From positions 1 to 54,966 of the IMG/VR virus record IMGVR_UViG_3300036782_000031: a stretch of DNA of 54,966 nt; one strand, given 5' to 3'. Below, one piece after another: positions 7,893 through 16,873 of the stretch. The stretch comes from a virus (taxonomy: Duplodnaviria; Caudoviricetes). Position 1 is the first letter of the stretch. Each line of letters begins with the position of its first letter. The position numbers and the translations under genes were made by a program. The notes under the pieces are model-generated. The model saw only the letters and a program-made list of their open reading frames with translations, was not told the DNA's origin and ran no database searches.

Positions 7893-8048
7893 TCAGGCCC
7901 AGCCTTCCCGGCGCATCTCCCGGAGTGCCTGCCGGTAGCCTTTGCGGTACTGGTGCCGCTGCCAGAAGCTGCCACGCGGGCTGCGCGGCGACCTGCGCCG
8001 CGCGTCCCAACGTCCTCTGGCTAGGTTGAAGTCTGTCCTGCGCCTCAC
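7893..8048 (-). CDS. 51-aa basic protein (not in ORF track)
   Basis: VRRRTDFNLARGRWDARRR..QYRKGYRQALREM..; GTGA overlap. Confidence 0.5.
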   Translation of the reverse strand: MRRRTDFNLARGRWDARRRSPRSPRGSFWQRHQYRKGYRQALREMRREGWA

Positions 8049-8665
8049 TTGAACACCCAGTGCCGCAGCTTGCGGTCGGGCACCTGGCCCATCTGCTGGC
8101 CGCTCTTGAAGTCGATGAAGCCGACGACCTCGTACCGACCCATGTCCCGGTGGGTCTGGTCGTGGATGATGGTGTGCTGGGTGCCTATCGCCCAGCTGTC
8201 GTTGCTACGGCCGAAGCTGGTAAGTACCCGGCTCGGAGCGACGTCGCCGACCTTACGGGCGATGTAGCCCACAGCGTCTTCGTCGTAGTACATCGCGGTG
8301 GTCGGCTTGCTCGGGTTCATCAGCTCGCCGGTCGGCAGGAGCGCGGCCGGGCCTTCCTTGTCGGCCATGGCCTGGTTCACTTCGGCGGTCGCGGCGACCT
8401 GGTCCTGGTTGACGATGAAGTCCAGGTTGCTCAGCATCTCGCGGGCGAAGCGCAGCTCGTCGATGGCCTTCTGCATCGCGTCGATGCTCTGCGAGCCGTG
8501 GAAGTCGTAGACGGTCTGACCATCCTGCAGGTTCCGCTTGACGGTGTTCAGGTCACCGATCGCAGAATCGGCGTGCCGAGCGATCAGCTCGGTCTGGGTG
8601 CGGACCTTGCGCTGCATCTCGCGGCGCATCATCTCGATGGCCTCGGTCTTGGTCATGTCGGGCAT
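8045..8665 (-). CDS. Hypothetical protein
   Basis: Start after GAAGGCGAG (8672-8680). Confidence 0.75.
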   Translation of the reverse strand: MPDMTKTEAIEMMRREMQRKVRTQTELIARHADSAIGDLNTVKRNLQDGQTVYDFHGSQSIDAMQKAIDELRFAREMLSNLDFIVNQDQVAATAEVNQAMADKEGPAALLPTGELMNPSKPTTAMYYDEDAVGYIARKVGDVAPSRVLTSFGRSNDSWAIGTQHTIIHDQTHRDMGRYEVVGFIDFKSGQQMGQVPDRKLRHWVFK

Positions 8666-8698
8666 TTCGTACTCGCCTTCTCGGGGTCTCTCGTTCTG

Positions 8699-8747
8699 CC
8701 TTACGTACAGTATAACGCCAGCGGGCTGTAATCCATACCCGCTGGCG
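8699..8747 (-). promoter_or_regulatory. Promoter cassette GGTATGG-N18-TATACT inside a 10-bp inverted repeat
   Basis: CGCCAGCGGG / CCCGCTGGCG arms. Confidence 0.7.
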
Positions 8748-8756
8748 CAACTTTCT

Positions 8757-8999
8757 TCAGGAAAGAATGCTGATCGCTGCCTCGAAGTCGGCCCGCAGCT
8801 TCTCGACATCCACGCCGCGCCGGAACGCCTTGACGATCGGCAGGCTGATCTCGTTGATGAAGTCGCTTTGCGCCTCGAACTGGTCCGGGTCGCTCTCGTC
8901 GCCCGGGACCTCCAGCGTGACGCCTAGGTGGTCGGGCCGGACCTCGTGGCTGTGCTCGGCGTAACCGTCGTGGGCCATCAGGCCAACGTGCTGTTCCAC
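8757..8999 (-). CDS. Hypothetical acidic protein
   Basis: GTG start after GAAAGGCGAG. Confidence 0.7.
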   Translation of the reverse strand: MEQHVGLMAHDGYAEHSHEVRPDHLGVTLEVPGDESDPDQFEAQSDFINEISLPIVKAFRRGVDVEKLRADFEAAISILS

Positions 9000-9017
9000 T
9001 GTCTCGCCTTTCAGGTG

Positions 9018-9043
9018 GGCCGGGCGGTGGGAGCCGCCCGGCC
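9018..9043. terminator. GC-rich hairpin, probable terminator
   Basis: GGCCGGGCGG / CCGCCCGGCC 10-bp stem between genes. Confidence 0.6.
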
Positions 9044-9050
9044 GGGTCTG

Positions 9051-9422
9051 CTAGAAGTTGTAGTCGTGGAACCGGCGCCACGCCTTGCTGATGTCGCTCC
9101 GGCGAGTGCCGGGGCAGCTCGCGGTCCGCCAGCCGCGCTTGGTCAGGCGGGCGGTCCGCAGGGAGCCGTTGGGGTCCTCTTCGATGATCCAGCGCTGCTC
9201 GTAGTTGTTGTTGACGTGACCGACGAAGCCGCCAGGGCTGAAGTCCATCTTCCAGGTCGGGTCGATGGTGGCCTTGTCGGCCCGCATCGTGATGGTCTTG
9301 CCGCTTGGGCTGACCTTGACGACGGTGTAGGGGAAGGCATCGCTGCCCACGTGCCAGGTGGCGTGGTCGCCAACCTTGTAGGTCTCGTAGTCGGGCCGCT
9401 CGGTCTTCGGTGCTTCGGTCAT
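9051..9422 (-). CDS. Hypothetical phage protein
   Basis: KVGDHATWHVGSDAFPYTVVKVSPSGKTI..DYNF; GAAGGCGAG at 9426-9434. Confidence 0.75.
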   Translation of the reverse strand: MTEAPKTERPDYETYKVGDHATWHVGSDAFPYTVVKVSPSGKTITMRADKATIDPTWKMDFSPGGFVGHVNNNYEQRWIIEEDPNGSLRTARLTKRGWRTASCPGTRRSDISKAWRRFHDYNF

Positions 9423-9449
9423 TTTCTCGCCTTCGGGGTCTCTGTTGTT

Positions 9450-9498
9450 CCTTACGTACAGTATAACCCCGGCAGGCTGCATTCCATACCCACCGGGG
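9450..9498 (-). promoter_or_regulatory. Promoter cassette GGTATGG-N18-TATACT inside an inverted repeat
   Basis: CCCCGG / CCGGGG arms; repeat copy. Confidence 0.7.
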
Positions 9499-9518
9499 CC
9501 AACTTTCCGCAAAAACTT

Positions 9519-10151
9519 TCAGGAGACCTTGCCGGTGAAGCTGGCGTTCTGGTAGTCGAAGCCAGGCGTCACCGTGATGTTCAGCGGGTTGCCGTTCGTG
9601 GTCTTCTGCAGGTCGAACAGGAACGTGTAGCTGCCGGTCTCGCCGGGCGCGAGCGTGCCAGACGGGTTGCTCGTGTTGACGTCAAACGACTGGTTCAGCT
9701 GCGTGCCGTCCGGGCCGCCGTTCGCGCTGACGCTGATCTCGGTGGCGTCGATGCTCGCCTTGCCTGCAGTCACCCGGATGGTGACGTTCACGGCCGGGTC
9801 GCCCGCGTTGCCTCCGGCTGCCTCCTGGCTGAGTGTGGCCGGGGTGGCGCTGGAGACGGACACCTGTGTGCCGTCGGAGTACCGGAAGAACGCAGAGCCG
9901 AAGCCCAGGGTGCTCGGCGTAGTCGGAGCAGACGCCGGGCTGGTCTGCGTGGATGCTGACGTGGTGTGGTTGACGTTCGGCTGCCCGCCGCTCGGGGTCG
10001 GCTTGTTGCTGCCGGACACCACGCCGACGATGACGAGGATCAGAACCAGCAGGACGAACGCTCCGCCCGCTATGCGTACGATCCGACTGCGCGGCCTTCG
10101 CCTCGGCCGCTGTGGCGGCTGGCCGGTAGTCTGGTAATCGGTGTCCATCAA
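9519..10151 (-). CDS. Membrane-anchored extracytoplasmic protein (DUF4352/Ig-like)
   Basis: Basic stretch, one TM, Ser/Thr/Pro linker, beta-rich domain with LAPGETGSYTFLFD. Confidence 0.7.
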   Translation of the reverse strand: MMDTDYQTTGQPPQRPRRRPRSRIVRIAGGAFVLLVLILVIVGVVSGSNKPTPSGGQPNVNHTTSASTQTSPASAPTTPSTLGFGSAFFRYSDGTQVSVSSATPATLSQEAAGGNAGDPAVNVTIRVTAGKASIDATEISVSANGGPDGTQLNQSFDVNTSNPSGTLAPGETGSYTFLFDLQKTTNGNPLNITVTPGFDYQNASFTGKVS

Positions 10152-10232
10152 TGTGCCCTCTTCTCGGACTCGCGGTGCCTTCTTCCGCGTAGTCTACGCT
10201 TAACCTGTGCGGATCGGAATGCATTTCCAGGC

Positions 10233-10269
10233 AAAGAGAAAGACCCGGCCGTAGTGGCCGGGCCTCTCT
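10233..10269 (-). terminator. Intrinsic terminator
   Basis: CCCGGCC/GGCCGGG stem with a pyrimidine tail on the minus strand. Confidence 0.6.
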
Positions 10270-10278
10270 CGGATCGGG

Positions 10279-10776
10279 TTACCGCCAGTCGCTGCGGTCG
10301 GGCTTGGGCAGACCCTGCGCCCACCAGCGCTGGTCGCCCTCGTTGCCGGTCGGCAGGTGGTGCAGCCACTGGGCCACAGCCGCCTCGGCCTCGTCCTTGG
10401 TCAGACCGGCCAGGAACGCCTCGTCGCCCTGCAGCTGACCGTTGAACAGGTCGGCCGCAGCCTGGACGACGCGCCGCGCCAGATCCTGCTTGGCCTGACG
10501 CCGGTCGACCTTGGCCTCGGGGGTCGCCTTGGGCTCGGCGGTCTTGGGGGACTTGGAAGGAGCAGTCTTGCTGGCCGGAGCCTTGGTGGTCGGCTTGGCC
10601 GGGGTGCCCTTGCGCGCGGTCCGCGGAGCGGGCTTGGCAGGGGCCTCGGGGTGGTCGGCAGCGCGGACGCCATCCAGGACGGAAGCGTCGCGGGCGGAAC
10701 CAGCGTCGGGCACGTTCTGGGCCTTGGAGGTGCGGCCTCGCGGGGTCTTCGCAGGGGTCGCGGTGGAGTCGGTCAT
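10279..10776 (-). CDS. Ala/Lys/Pro-rich protein with helical C-terminal domain
   Basis: Start after GAAGGCGAG (10783-10791); PAK-rich low-complexity N-terminal half. Confidence 0.7.
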   Translation of the reverse strand: MTDSTATPAKTPRGRTSKAQNVPDAGSARDASVLDGVRAADHPEAPAKPAPRTARKGTPAKPTTKAPASKTAPSKSPKTAEPKATPEAKVDRRQAKQDLARRVVQAAADLFNGQLQGDEAFLAGLTKDEAEAAVAQWLHHLPTGNEGDQRWWAQGLPKPDRSDWR

Positions 10777-10815
10777 TTCTAGCTCGCCTTCGTGCGTTGG
10801 GTTGCTTACAAGACC

Positions 10816-10845
10816 AGTATACGTCCTTTCTGCAGTCTGCGCTAC
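10816..10845 (-). promoter_or_regulatory. Phage promoter GTAGCG-N18-TATACT
   Basis: Member of the repeated promoter family. Confidence 0.65.
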
Positions 10846-11027
10846 TCCTAGCTCAGAAAACTTTGCCATAGGTATGGGTGGGAGGAAGTGGATGGTCGCT
10901 GCTTCGCTCATGGCAGCCTCTTTGGTCTGATCCCCGGCCGTGTAGTTGAGGCAAGGACCTGACGGACTAGATCCTGCCTCTGCTACGTCTATTGGGCCGT
11001 ATACTACCCCAGCAATATTAATGAATC

Positions 11028-11339
11028 CTATGAGCCGGAATCCGCTGGCGGCAAGGCAAATCCGACGACTCTCATCCAGACCAGATCCCAGCCCTCGTTC
11101 TCGGCACACTCGTGCTCGCGGCCGTCGTCCCGGGTGATGACGAACCGGCTGGCAGCGATCTCCGGTTCCTCCACCATGACCCCACCCTGCGACAGCAGGA
11201 CATCGTCCCAGGTCCAGCGCAGAACAGCCTCGCAAAGGGATGGGTCGTAGTACATGGCCCGCTCGATCGGCGTTACAATCGCAAACTGCTGCAGCTCCTG
11301 GCTGGGCTGCTCTTTGGGCTTCTTCCAGAACAGGCTCAT
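11028..11339 (-). CDS. Hypothetical protein
   Basis: ATGA overlap with the resolvase gene. Confidence 0.65.
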   Translation of the reverse strand: MSLFWKKPKEQPSQELQQFAIVTPIERAMYYDPSLCEAVLRWTWDDVLLSQGGVMVEEPEIAASRFVITRDDGREHECAENEGWDLVWMRVVGFALPPADSGS

Positions 11340-11857
11340 CGCGGCCACAGCTCCTTCGCGAAGTCAGAATTGTTGCGCGCCCGGCGGAGCGCGGTGATGG
11401 CGTGGCGGTGGGCGTCGCGCTCATGTGGCGAGCCGCTAGTGTACAGGCCCCACGCCTTCAGCCGTTCGTCAGTAGCTGTGCTTTTGGCCAGGACGCGGCT
11501 CTGCTCGGTCAGGGTCGCATTGCTGAGCTTGCCCATGAACTTGAGCAGATGCAGCATGGCGTTGATTCGGGCTGGCGCCAGCGCGGCCGGGTCGGTGCTC
11601 TTGAATGTCGGATCCTGGTCCCACGCCTCGGTCACGATGGCGGGACCGTTCGGGTAGTCCAATCCCTCGACCTCACGGACCCACGTAGCGATGTCCACAG
11701 CCTGCTCTTCTTCGGAGCCCTGGAATTCGCCATAGTCGCGCTCCCACAGCTCGCTCGGCGCGTCGCCGAAGATGCTCTCGCGCGGAATCGTCAGCCTGCA
11801 GTAGCCTGTCGTGCCACCCGGATCTATCCCGATCAGGTGCAGATGCCTCGGTGCCAT
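11336..11857 (-). CDS. RuvC-like Holliday junction resolvase
   Basis: LIGIDPGGTTG, IVTE, and HERDAHRH motifs of phage RuvC-like proteins. Confidence 0.8.
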   Translation of the reverse strand: MAPRHLHLIGIDPGGTTGYCRLTIPRESIFGDAPSELWERDYGEFQGSEEEQAVDIATWVREVEGLDYPNGPAIVTEAWDQDPTFKSTDPAALAPARINAMLHLLKFMGKLSNATLTEQSRVLAKSTATDERLKAWGLYTSGSPHERDAHRHAITALRRARNNSDFAKELWPR

Positions 11858-12260
11858 GCTCGCCTCCAAATGGTACAGCCTGGCACTAGTCTACGCTAGG
11901 CCAGGCTGGGGATTATCGGGCCGAGCTGGGAGGGTTGGTCCGGCCATGTCCACGGTGCCAGCCCTCCCAGCACGCTGCCCCTTGTGGCTCGGAAGGCGAG
12001 TAACGAGCCACGGCCCTGGGCACGCGCTATCTACGATACCGTACGAGGCCGGAATCGCCTACTGCCAGGTCAGACGCACATTCGGCTGGATTCGGCCAGG
12101 AGGTTAGAAGGTATAGTTAAGGGTCCCGGACGGTGGCGACCAATCCGGGACCCCCAAGCGCTGTGGCAGGCGCGGTAACTCGGCTCGGCAAGGAGCTAGG
12201 CTCTATGATACCTGATGCTCGCGCGCATGCGCGATTCCGCACGATGAAGGCGAGTACATC

Positions 12261-14258
12261 GTGAACAATGCTCTGGAACACGCACATTCCCTGATCAAGA
12301 TGGGTGTGCCTGTTTTCGCAGCCAAGCTGGATGATGAAGGCGACCCGGACCCCAAGAACGACCGCAGATGGGCGCGGTGGCACAAGAAGCAGCCTGACCC
12401 GGCTGCGCTAGCTTCGTACAAGCCTGGTGACGCGCTGTGCGCTGTTACCGGGATCGTGTTCGACGTGATTGACTGGGACCCGCGCAATGACCCCGACAAG
12501 AAATCGTTCAACAGGCTGAGGGAAGAACTGGGCGAAGGCGGACCCAAGATCTACTGGCAGGTGGCCACGCCTAGGCGCGGACGTCACTTGTATGTCGCCA
12601 AGCTGGGTGTGGGCAGTCACAATGGCTTCCTACCTGGCATTGACGTTAAAAGTGGCAAGTCGGATGGCACAGGTCGCGGATTCGTGTTCCTGCCAGGTAC
12701 CGAGCGCAACGGCGGCAAGTACCAGCCGACGTCTCGCTTGCAGGTGCTGAATGGCGTGCCGGATGCAAGCGGTCGCTCGCTGGCCGAATTCATCGAGCAG
12801 TGCCTAGAGGATCAGCGCAACGCGGCCGATGCAGCTGCCTCTGGTGCCAAACGCGAACAGCCGGACGAACTCAAGCGCGCCGTGCTCACTGCTGGGTCGG
12901 GTGAACAGCGTACGGCGCTGCTGCGCTATGTGCACGAGCTAGAACGGCGCGGCTACGCTCGAGACGATATCAAGTCGATTCTGCGAGACGTCTGTTCCCA
13001 GATGCGGAACTTTGACAGCAAGGATCCGTGGTACCCAGCTCGGGGCAATCCTGACAAGCACATCAACGGTCTGTTCCACCGCGCCGGTGCTGTCGTGGCG
13101 GATGGGACGAAGGAAGAGCTGGAGGGAATTCGCGGTCCTAGTCGACCGGGTCTGATGCGGAGCTTCGCCGAGGTCACGACGCGGAAAATCAGCTGGGTGT
13201 ATCCGCCGTATCTGGCGCGCGGCGAAATGACGATCCTGGACGGCGAGAAAGGTGTTGCCAAGTCGCTCACGATCCTGGACGTACTCGCGCGGCTGACTGA
13301 AGGTCGGGATCTCCCAAATGGCGAAATGACCGGCGAGAAAATGAACGTGGTCATCTTCACCAACGAATCCAGTGCGGAGACGGAAATCGCGCCTAGGCTG
13401 CAAGCTGCTGGTGCGAATCTCAGCATGGTGCACGCTCCGAAGATCGAGAAGGACAAACGGGGCAAGGTGAAGGAAACGTGGATCCTGCCAGATGGCTTTG
13501 AGGCGTTCGATCGCGCCATTCGTGAATGCGATGCTCAGGTCGCTGTGTTTGATCCTATCAACGATTTCCTGCAGGAAGATATCAACACGAACAACGATGC
13601 GTCTATCCGGCGGGCTCTCGGGCCGCTGGGTCGTGTTCTGCAGCAGACGGGCTGCGCCGGATGGCTAGTCCGGCATATGAACAAGGACACAGGTGCTAGT
13701 GCGCGAATGCGCGGAACCGGAACAACGGCGTACCAGAATAGGGCCAGAATCCACATGGTCGCTGGACGGCTGCCTCCGGGTGCTGTGGATGGCGCCCGGT
13801 TTGGCCTGGCTGTCGTAGATTCCAACATTCGGAAGGTAGAGGATGCGGTCCTCGCCTACAACGTCGTAGATTCGGACATTGAGGCGGACGACGCCGGTGG
13901 CATGGTGCCTGTGGTGGAATGGTTCGGCATGTGCAACGTCAAGGCCGATGATCTCGTCAAGGAGAACACCGGTAAGCGGCGCGGTCCGGAACCGGTCGCA
14001 CAAGAGGCGATTCGGGAAGTTCTGGACGACATGTTCTCGCGGAAGGACACATGGGCTCGCGCTCGTGTCCTAGCGGAGCTGAAGGCGGCCGGGTGCTCTA
14101 CGAACGAGAAAACGATCAACAAGGTCAGGGACATGATGGGAATCAACGCTGTTCGTGTTATGCGACGCGGTGGGGAAGGCGGAGGCGTGGATCACTGGAA
14201 TTGGACCAACCTGACCGTCAAGGGTCGCGTGCAAGTGCAAGGCGACGATGATGACTGA
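12261..14258 (+). CDS. Bifunctional primase-polymerase fused to a RecA-type/AAA helicase
   Basis: FDVIDWD and TPRRGRHLY prim-pol motifs; Walker A GEKGVAKS; VFDP; LVRHMNK; RGT. Confidence 0.85.
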   Translation: MNNALEHAHSLIKMGVPVFAAKLDDEGDPDPKNDRRWARWHKKQPDPAALASYKPGDALCAVTGIVFDVIDWDPRNDPDKKSFNRLREELGEGGPKIYWQVATPRRGRHLYVAKLGVGSHNGFLPGIDVKSGKSDGTGRGFVFLPGTERNGGKYQPTSRLQVLNGVPDASGRSLAEFIEQCLEDQRNAADAAASGAKREQPDELKRAVLTAGSGEQRTALLRYVHELERRGYARDDIKSILRDVCSQMRNFDSKDPWYPARGNPDKHINGLFHRAGAVVADGTKEELEGIRGPSRPGLMRSFAEVTTRKISWVYPPYLARGEMTILDGEKGVAKSLTILDVLARLTEGRDLPNGEMTGEKMNVVIFTNESSAETEIAPRLQAAGANLSMVHAPKIEKDKRGKVKETWILPDGFEAFDRAIRECDAQVAVFDPINDFLQEDINTNNDASIRRALGPLGRVLQQTGCAGWLVRHMNKDTGASARMRGTGTTAYQNRARIHMVAGRLPPGAVDGARFGLAVVDSNIRKVEDAVLAYNVVDSDIEADDAGGMVPVVEWFGMCNVKADDLVKENTGKRRGPEPVAQEAIREVLDDMFSRKDTWARARVLAELKAAGCSTNEKTINKVRDMMGINAVRVMRRGGEGGGVDHWNWTNLTVKGRVQVQGDDDD

Positions 14259-14484
14259 GCGGTATTCGGAGTCCTATGAGGATCGGGATGGAGTCGTGTC
14301 CATGATGCCAGCTACTGGCTGGGTGCTCAAGCGGACCAACGGCGCGGTAGATCCTCTGATCGGCTGGGCTCAAATGCGTAGCGGGCGCGTTCTACCGCTG
14401 ATATGGGATGGCTACGTCAAAGCGCTTATCCAGCTGCTACCTTCGGATCGGATTGTGAACGTAGACCATGTCAGCGCCAAATAG
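14251..14484 (+). CDS. Hypothetical protein
   Basis: Overlaps the primase stop. Confidence 0.6.
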   Translation: MTERYSESYEDRDGVVSMMPATGWVLKRTNGAVDPLIGWAQMRSGRVLPLIWDGYVKALIQLLPSDRIVNVDHVSAK

Positions 14485-14713
14485 CCAAACGCGAGGCGAA
14501 TGTCCGATATGCCACAAGCTGCCCGCTGTACATCCTACGGTGGTGGCTTTCTCCGATATTCGGACTTCTAGGGACTGTGCCTGGATGTTGAAGATACTAC
14601 GCATCGAAACTGACGTCGTAGATCCGATTCTCGCGCGGGTCGGCGTTTCTACGTCGGGTACAGTACGGCGTGAGCTGGCGATACTCGTTTTCGGCTACAT
14701 TAATCGGTCTTAG
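14468..14713 (+). CDS. Hypothetical protein (CxxC)
   Basis: 81 aa, CPICH. Confidence 0.45.
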   Translation: MSAPNSQTRGECPICHKLPAVHPTVVAFSDIRTSRDCAWMLKILRIETDVVDPILARVGVSTSGTVRRELAILVFGYINRS

Positions 14714-14876
14714 AAGGTATAGATCTACTGGGGCGGATAAGTAGGTTAGGGGTTAGAAGGTATATCCCCGCCTACTCTACCGTCTAAGTTCGAAAGTGCA
14801 GTACAGGAAATGAATAACCCCTGGTATAGAGGTTAGAAGGTATAGTAGGTACAGTAAGGGGGGATATACCTTCTAA
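14710..14876. repeat. TTAGAAGGTATA iteron-like repeats, candidate replication origin
   Basis: Direct copies at 14710, 14753 and 14833; inverted copy at 14865-14876; fifth copy at 12104; AT-richer than the surroundings. Confidence 0.7.
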
Positions 14877-15398
14877 GTTCGACGACGTCGCACACCACGT
14901 CCACATTTATTTCCGCTGTAGAAAACGCCTTTTGCAGTGTGCAGTGCAGTGTTACGCTACGTAATCGAAATCGGCCTGCCTTCGCGTGTCTGCTACAGTC
15001 CTTTGCTAGGCAAACTGTATATGGTTAGCGGCGGAAAGGTGTTACCTTTAGCGCGGATAACGATGTGGAGTTCTGCGCGCCCATTACGTACAGTAATTGA
15101 GCGCAGTGCGACTGTCTTGGGGCATCGCTGACCTTCGTGTGCGCCGGTTGTGGTCGTCTGCTGCGTCGCATGCTGGTGTGCATGGGACTGCACATTGGCT
15201 ACGCCATGTGCATGGGACTGTCATGGCAGTGGTACTACCATGGCCAGTTGTTTGCAGTGCTCTGTGTGGTCTCTGTCGCAGATGTATTGGGTGCTGCCTG
15301 CGCTGCAAAATGTCCCGCACAGGTTCACGAGTGGTGTGCACATCCATTTGAGTACATTACAGCATCAACTGATCCCTACCGCAACAGTAGGGAATGCT

Positions 15399-15428
15399 GT
15401 AGCGCGCGCAACCGACACGCGGTATACT
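15399..15428 (+). promoter_or_regulatory. Phage promoter GTAGCG-N18-TATACT
   Basis: Same family, rightward; GAAGGCGAG at 15452-15460. Confidence 0.65.
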
Positions 15429-15465
15429 CAAGCGTAGCGAAGGCGAACAGAGAAGGCGAGCGGCA

Positions 15466-15630
15466 ATGACACGCGTGCAGACTGACTGGATCACCATTGA
15501 GATCCACGACGGACACATCGACATCATGACCACAGACATCAATCAGGACCTGAGCGTCAGTGCCTGGCAGCGCGGCGAGAAGGCCGGGACCATGAACAGC
15601 GGCGTGCTGAGCATCGAGAAGGCGGAATGA
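15466..15630 (+). CDS. 54-aa hypothetical protein (not in ORF track)
   Basis: MTRVQTDWITIEIHDGHIDIMTTD...; promoter and RBS upstream. Confidence 0.65.
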   Translation: MTRVQTDWITIEIHDGHIDIMTTDINQDLSVSAWQRGEKAGTMNSGVLSIEKAE

Positions 15631-15633
15631 CCT

Positions 15634-15960
15634 ATGACGAACATGTGCCACAGATGTGGGCACGCGACGCAGTCAACGAAGCCATACGGCGAGCACTGCG
15701 AGAAGCTGGTCATGGCCGGGGTGACAGCGCTGAGCACGTTCAGCAGAAAGATCACATGCGTGACAGCGGCCGAACTTCTGAGGGAGGGACTCCTAACACC
15801 AGTACCCAATAAGCCAGGCTACTGGACCTGCCCCAGCACACGAGACCCCAACGTCCTGTACGTCGTCACCGACCACTCCTGTACGTGCCCGGCTGCCCAG
15901 CACACCCACAACGAGGTCCTGTGTAGGCACAGGCTGGCGGCGACTGTACTGGCGGCCTAA
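15634..15960 (+). CDS. SWIM zinc-finger protein
   Basis: YVVTDHSCTCPAA..LCRHRLA (CxC-xn-CxH), plus an N-terminal CxxC. Confidence 0.75.
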   Translation: MTNMCHRCGHATQSTKPYGEHCEKLVMAGVTALSTFSRKITCVTAAELLREGLLTPVPNKPGYWTCPSTRDPNVLYVVTDHSCTCPAAQHTHNEVLCRHRLAATVLAA

Positions 15961-16028
15961 CCGCACCGCACACACCGCACCCACACAACCCGCAGAAACG
16001 ATTAGGGCAACTTGCTGGCACAGCCAGC

Positions 16029-16379
16029 ATGAGTAGGAAGAGCATGGACGATAGTACCACCATCAGCAGCATGTGTTCGTCCGCCGCGATCAAGTGCGAC
16101 GCCCTGGCCCAGACCGAACGGCTAATGGGCTTCCGGGATTCCGCCAACACCTACCAGGAGATGGCCGACGATGCCCGTAAGAACCAATTCTGGTTCAGAC
16201 GTCAGGTCCCACAGGCGCAGACATACTCGCTCAGCCGACAGCGTCGGCCTGCCGGCCCCGACACAGGGCAGGCACCACCACCCCAAGGATCCCGACCGGG
16301 CACCGGGCGTAGTGGCGCTGATCTCCGGCGCGTTCGCATGCGGCGCTTCAGTTGGGCTCTACAACACGAGTGGCCCTAG
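16029..16379 (+). CDS. Hypothetical protein
   Basis: ORF; start uncertain. Confidence 0.45.
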   Translation: MSRKSMDDSTTISSMCSSAAIKCDALAQTERLMGFRDSANTYQEMADDARKNQFWFRRQVPQAQTYSLSRQRRPAGPDTGQAPPPQGSRPGTGRSGADLRRVRMRRFSWALQHEWP

Positions 16380-16465
16380 CCACACAGCATGGGTGACCCT
16401 GTTCTGGGACGCCGTTGTCATCGCTCTTCTGTCCGCATTGTTCATCTTCTCACGAAAGGCGCACC

Positions 16466-16873
16466 ATGTCGCGAAGGAACACGGCTTCCTGGATCGTCAA
16501 CGACGTTCACGCACCCGTCCAGAGGCCCAGATTGGGCCACGATCCCCTGTGCATCCTCGTCACTGGCGCTTACGAGCCCATTCCGCTCAAAAATTGCTGG
16601 TGCAAGTGCTCGAAATGCTGGGACACGGCCAATCAGAGGTGTATCTGTCGCCATTGTCCCTGTCCTATGAGCGATATGGGCATGGGTCCGACCACCTTCG
16701 TCCCGCAGAACACGCTCGCGCCGGAGATCCGGCCTAGCGAGCGGCGAGACGGCCGGGTCCCGCTCGGCCGGTCGGGCAACGGACAGCCCGCCTCGACCAA
16801 AGAAGCCGCAGGTAGGACCAAGGGAAGTCCTCGGAAGGCGAACAAGCGCGCGGCCGGTAGAAAAGCAAGTTAG
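16466..16873 (+). CDS. Cys-rich hypothetical protein
   Basis: GAAAGG RBS; CWCKCSKCW..CICRHCPC. Confidence 0.6.
   Translation: MSRRNTASWIVNDVHAPVQRPRLGHDPLCILVTGAYEPIPLKNCWCKCSKCWDTANQRCICRHCPCPMSDMGMGPTTFVPQNTLAPEIRPSERRDGRVPLGRSGNGQPASTKEAAGRTKGSPRKANKRAAGRKAS

Noticed and set aside
7893-8048. Ribosome modulation factor-like call for the 51-aa ORF
   Set aside because: Only a loose G..DA / Y..GY resemblance; the CPY and W..GW motifs are absent.
7147-9512. Repeated peptide YG(L/M)QxAGVILxVR at the start of three ORFs, or a CRISPR-like array
   Set aside because: It is the translation of the repeated promoter; copies are degenerate and separated by whole genes.
10777-11424. N-terminal extension making a 381-aa ORF
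   Set aside because: It overlaps two other genes and spans a promoter and RBS; the start at 10776 is better supported.
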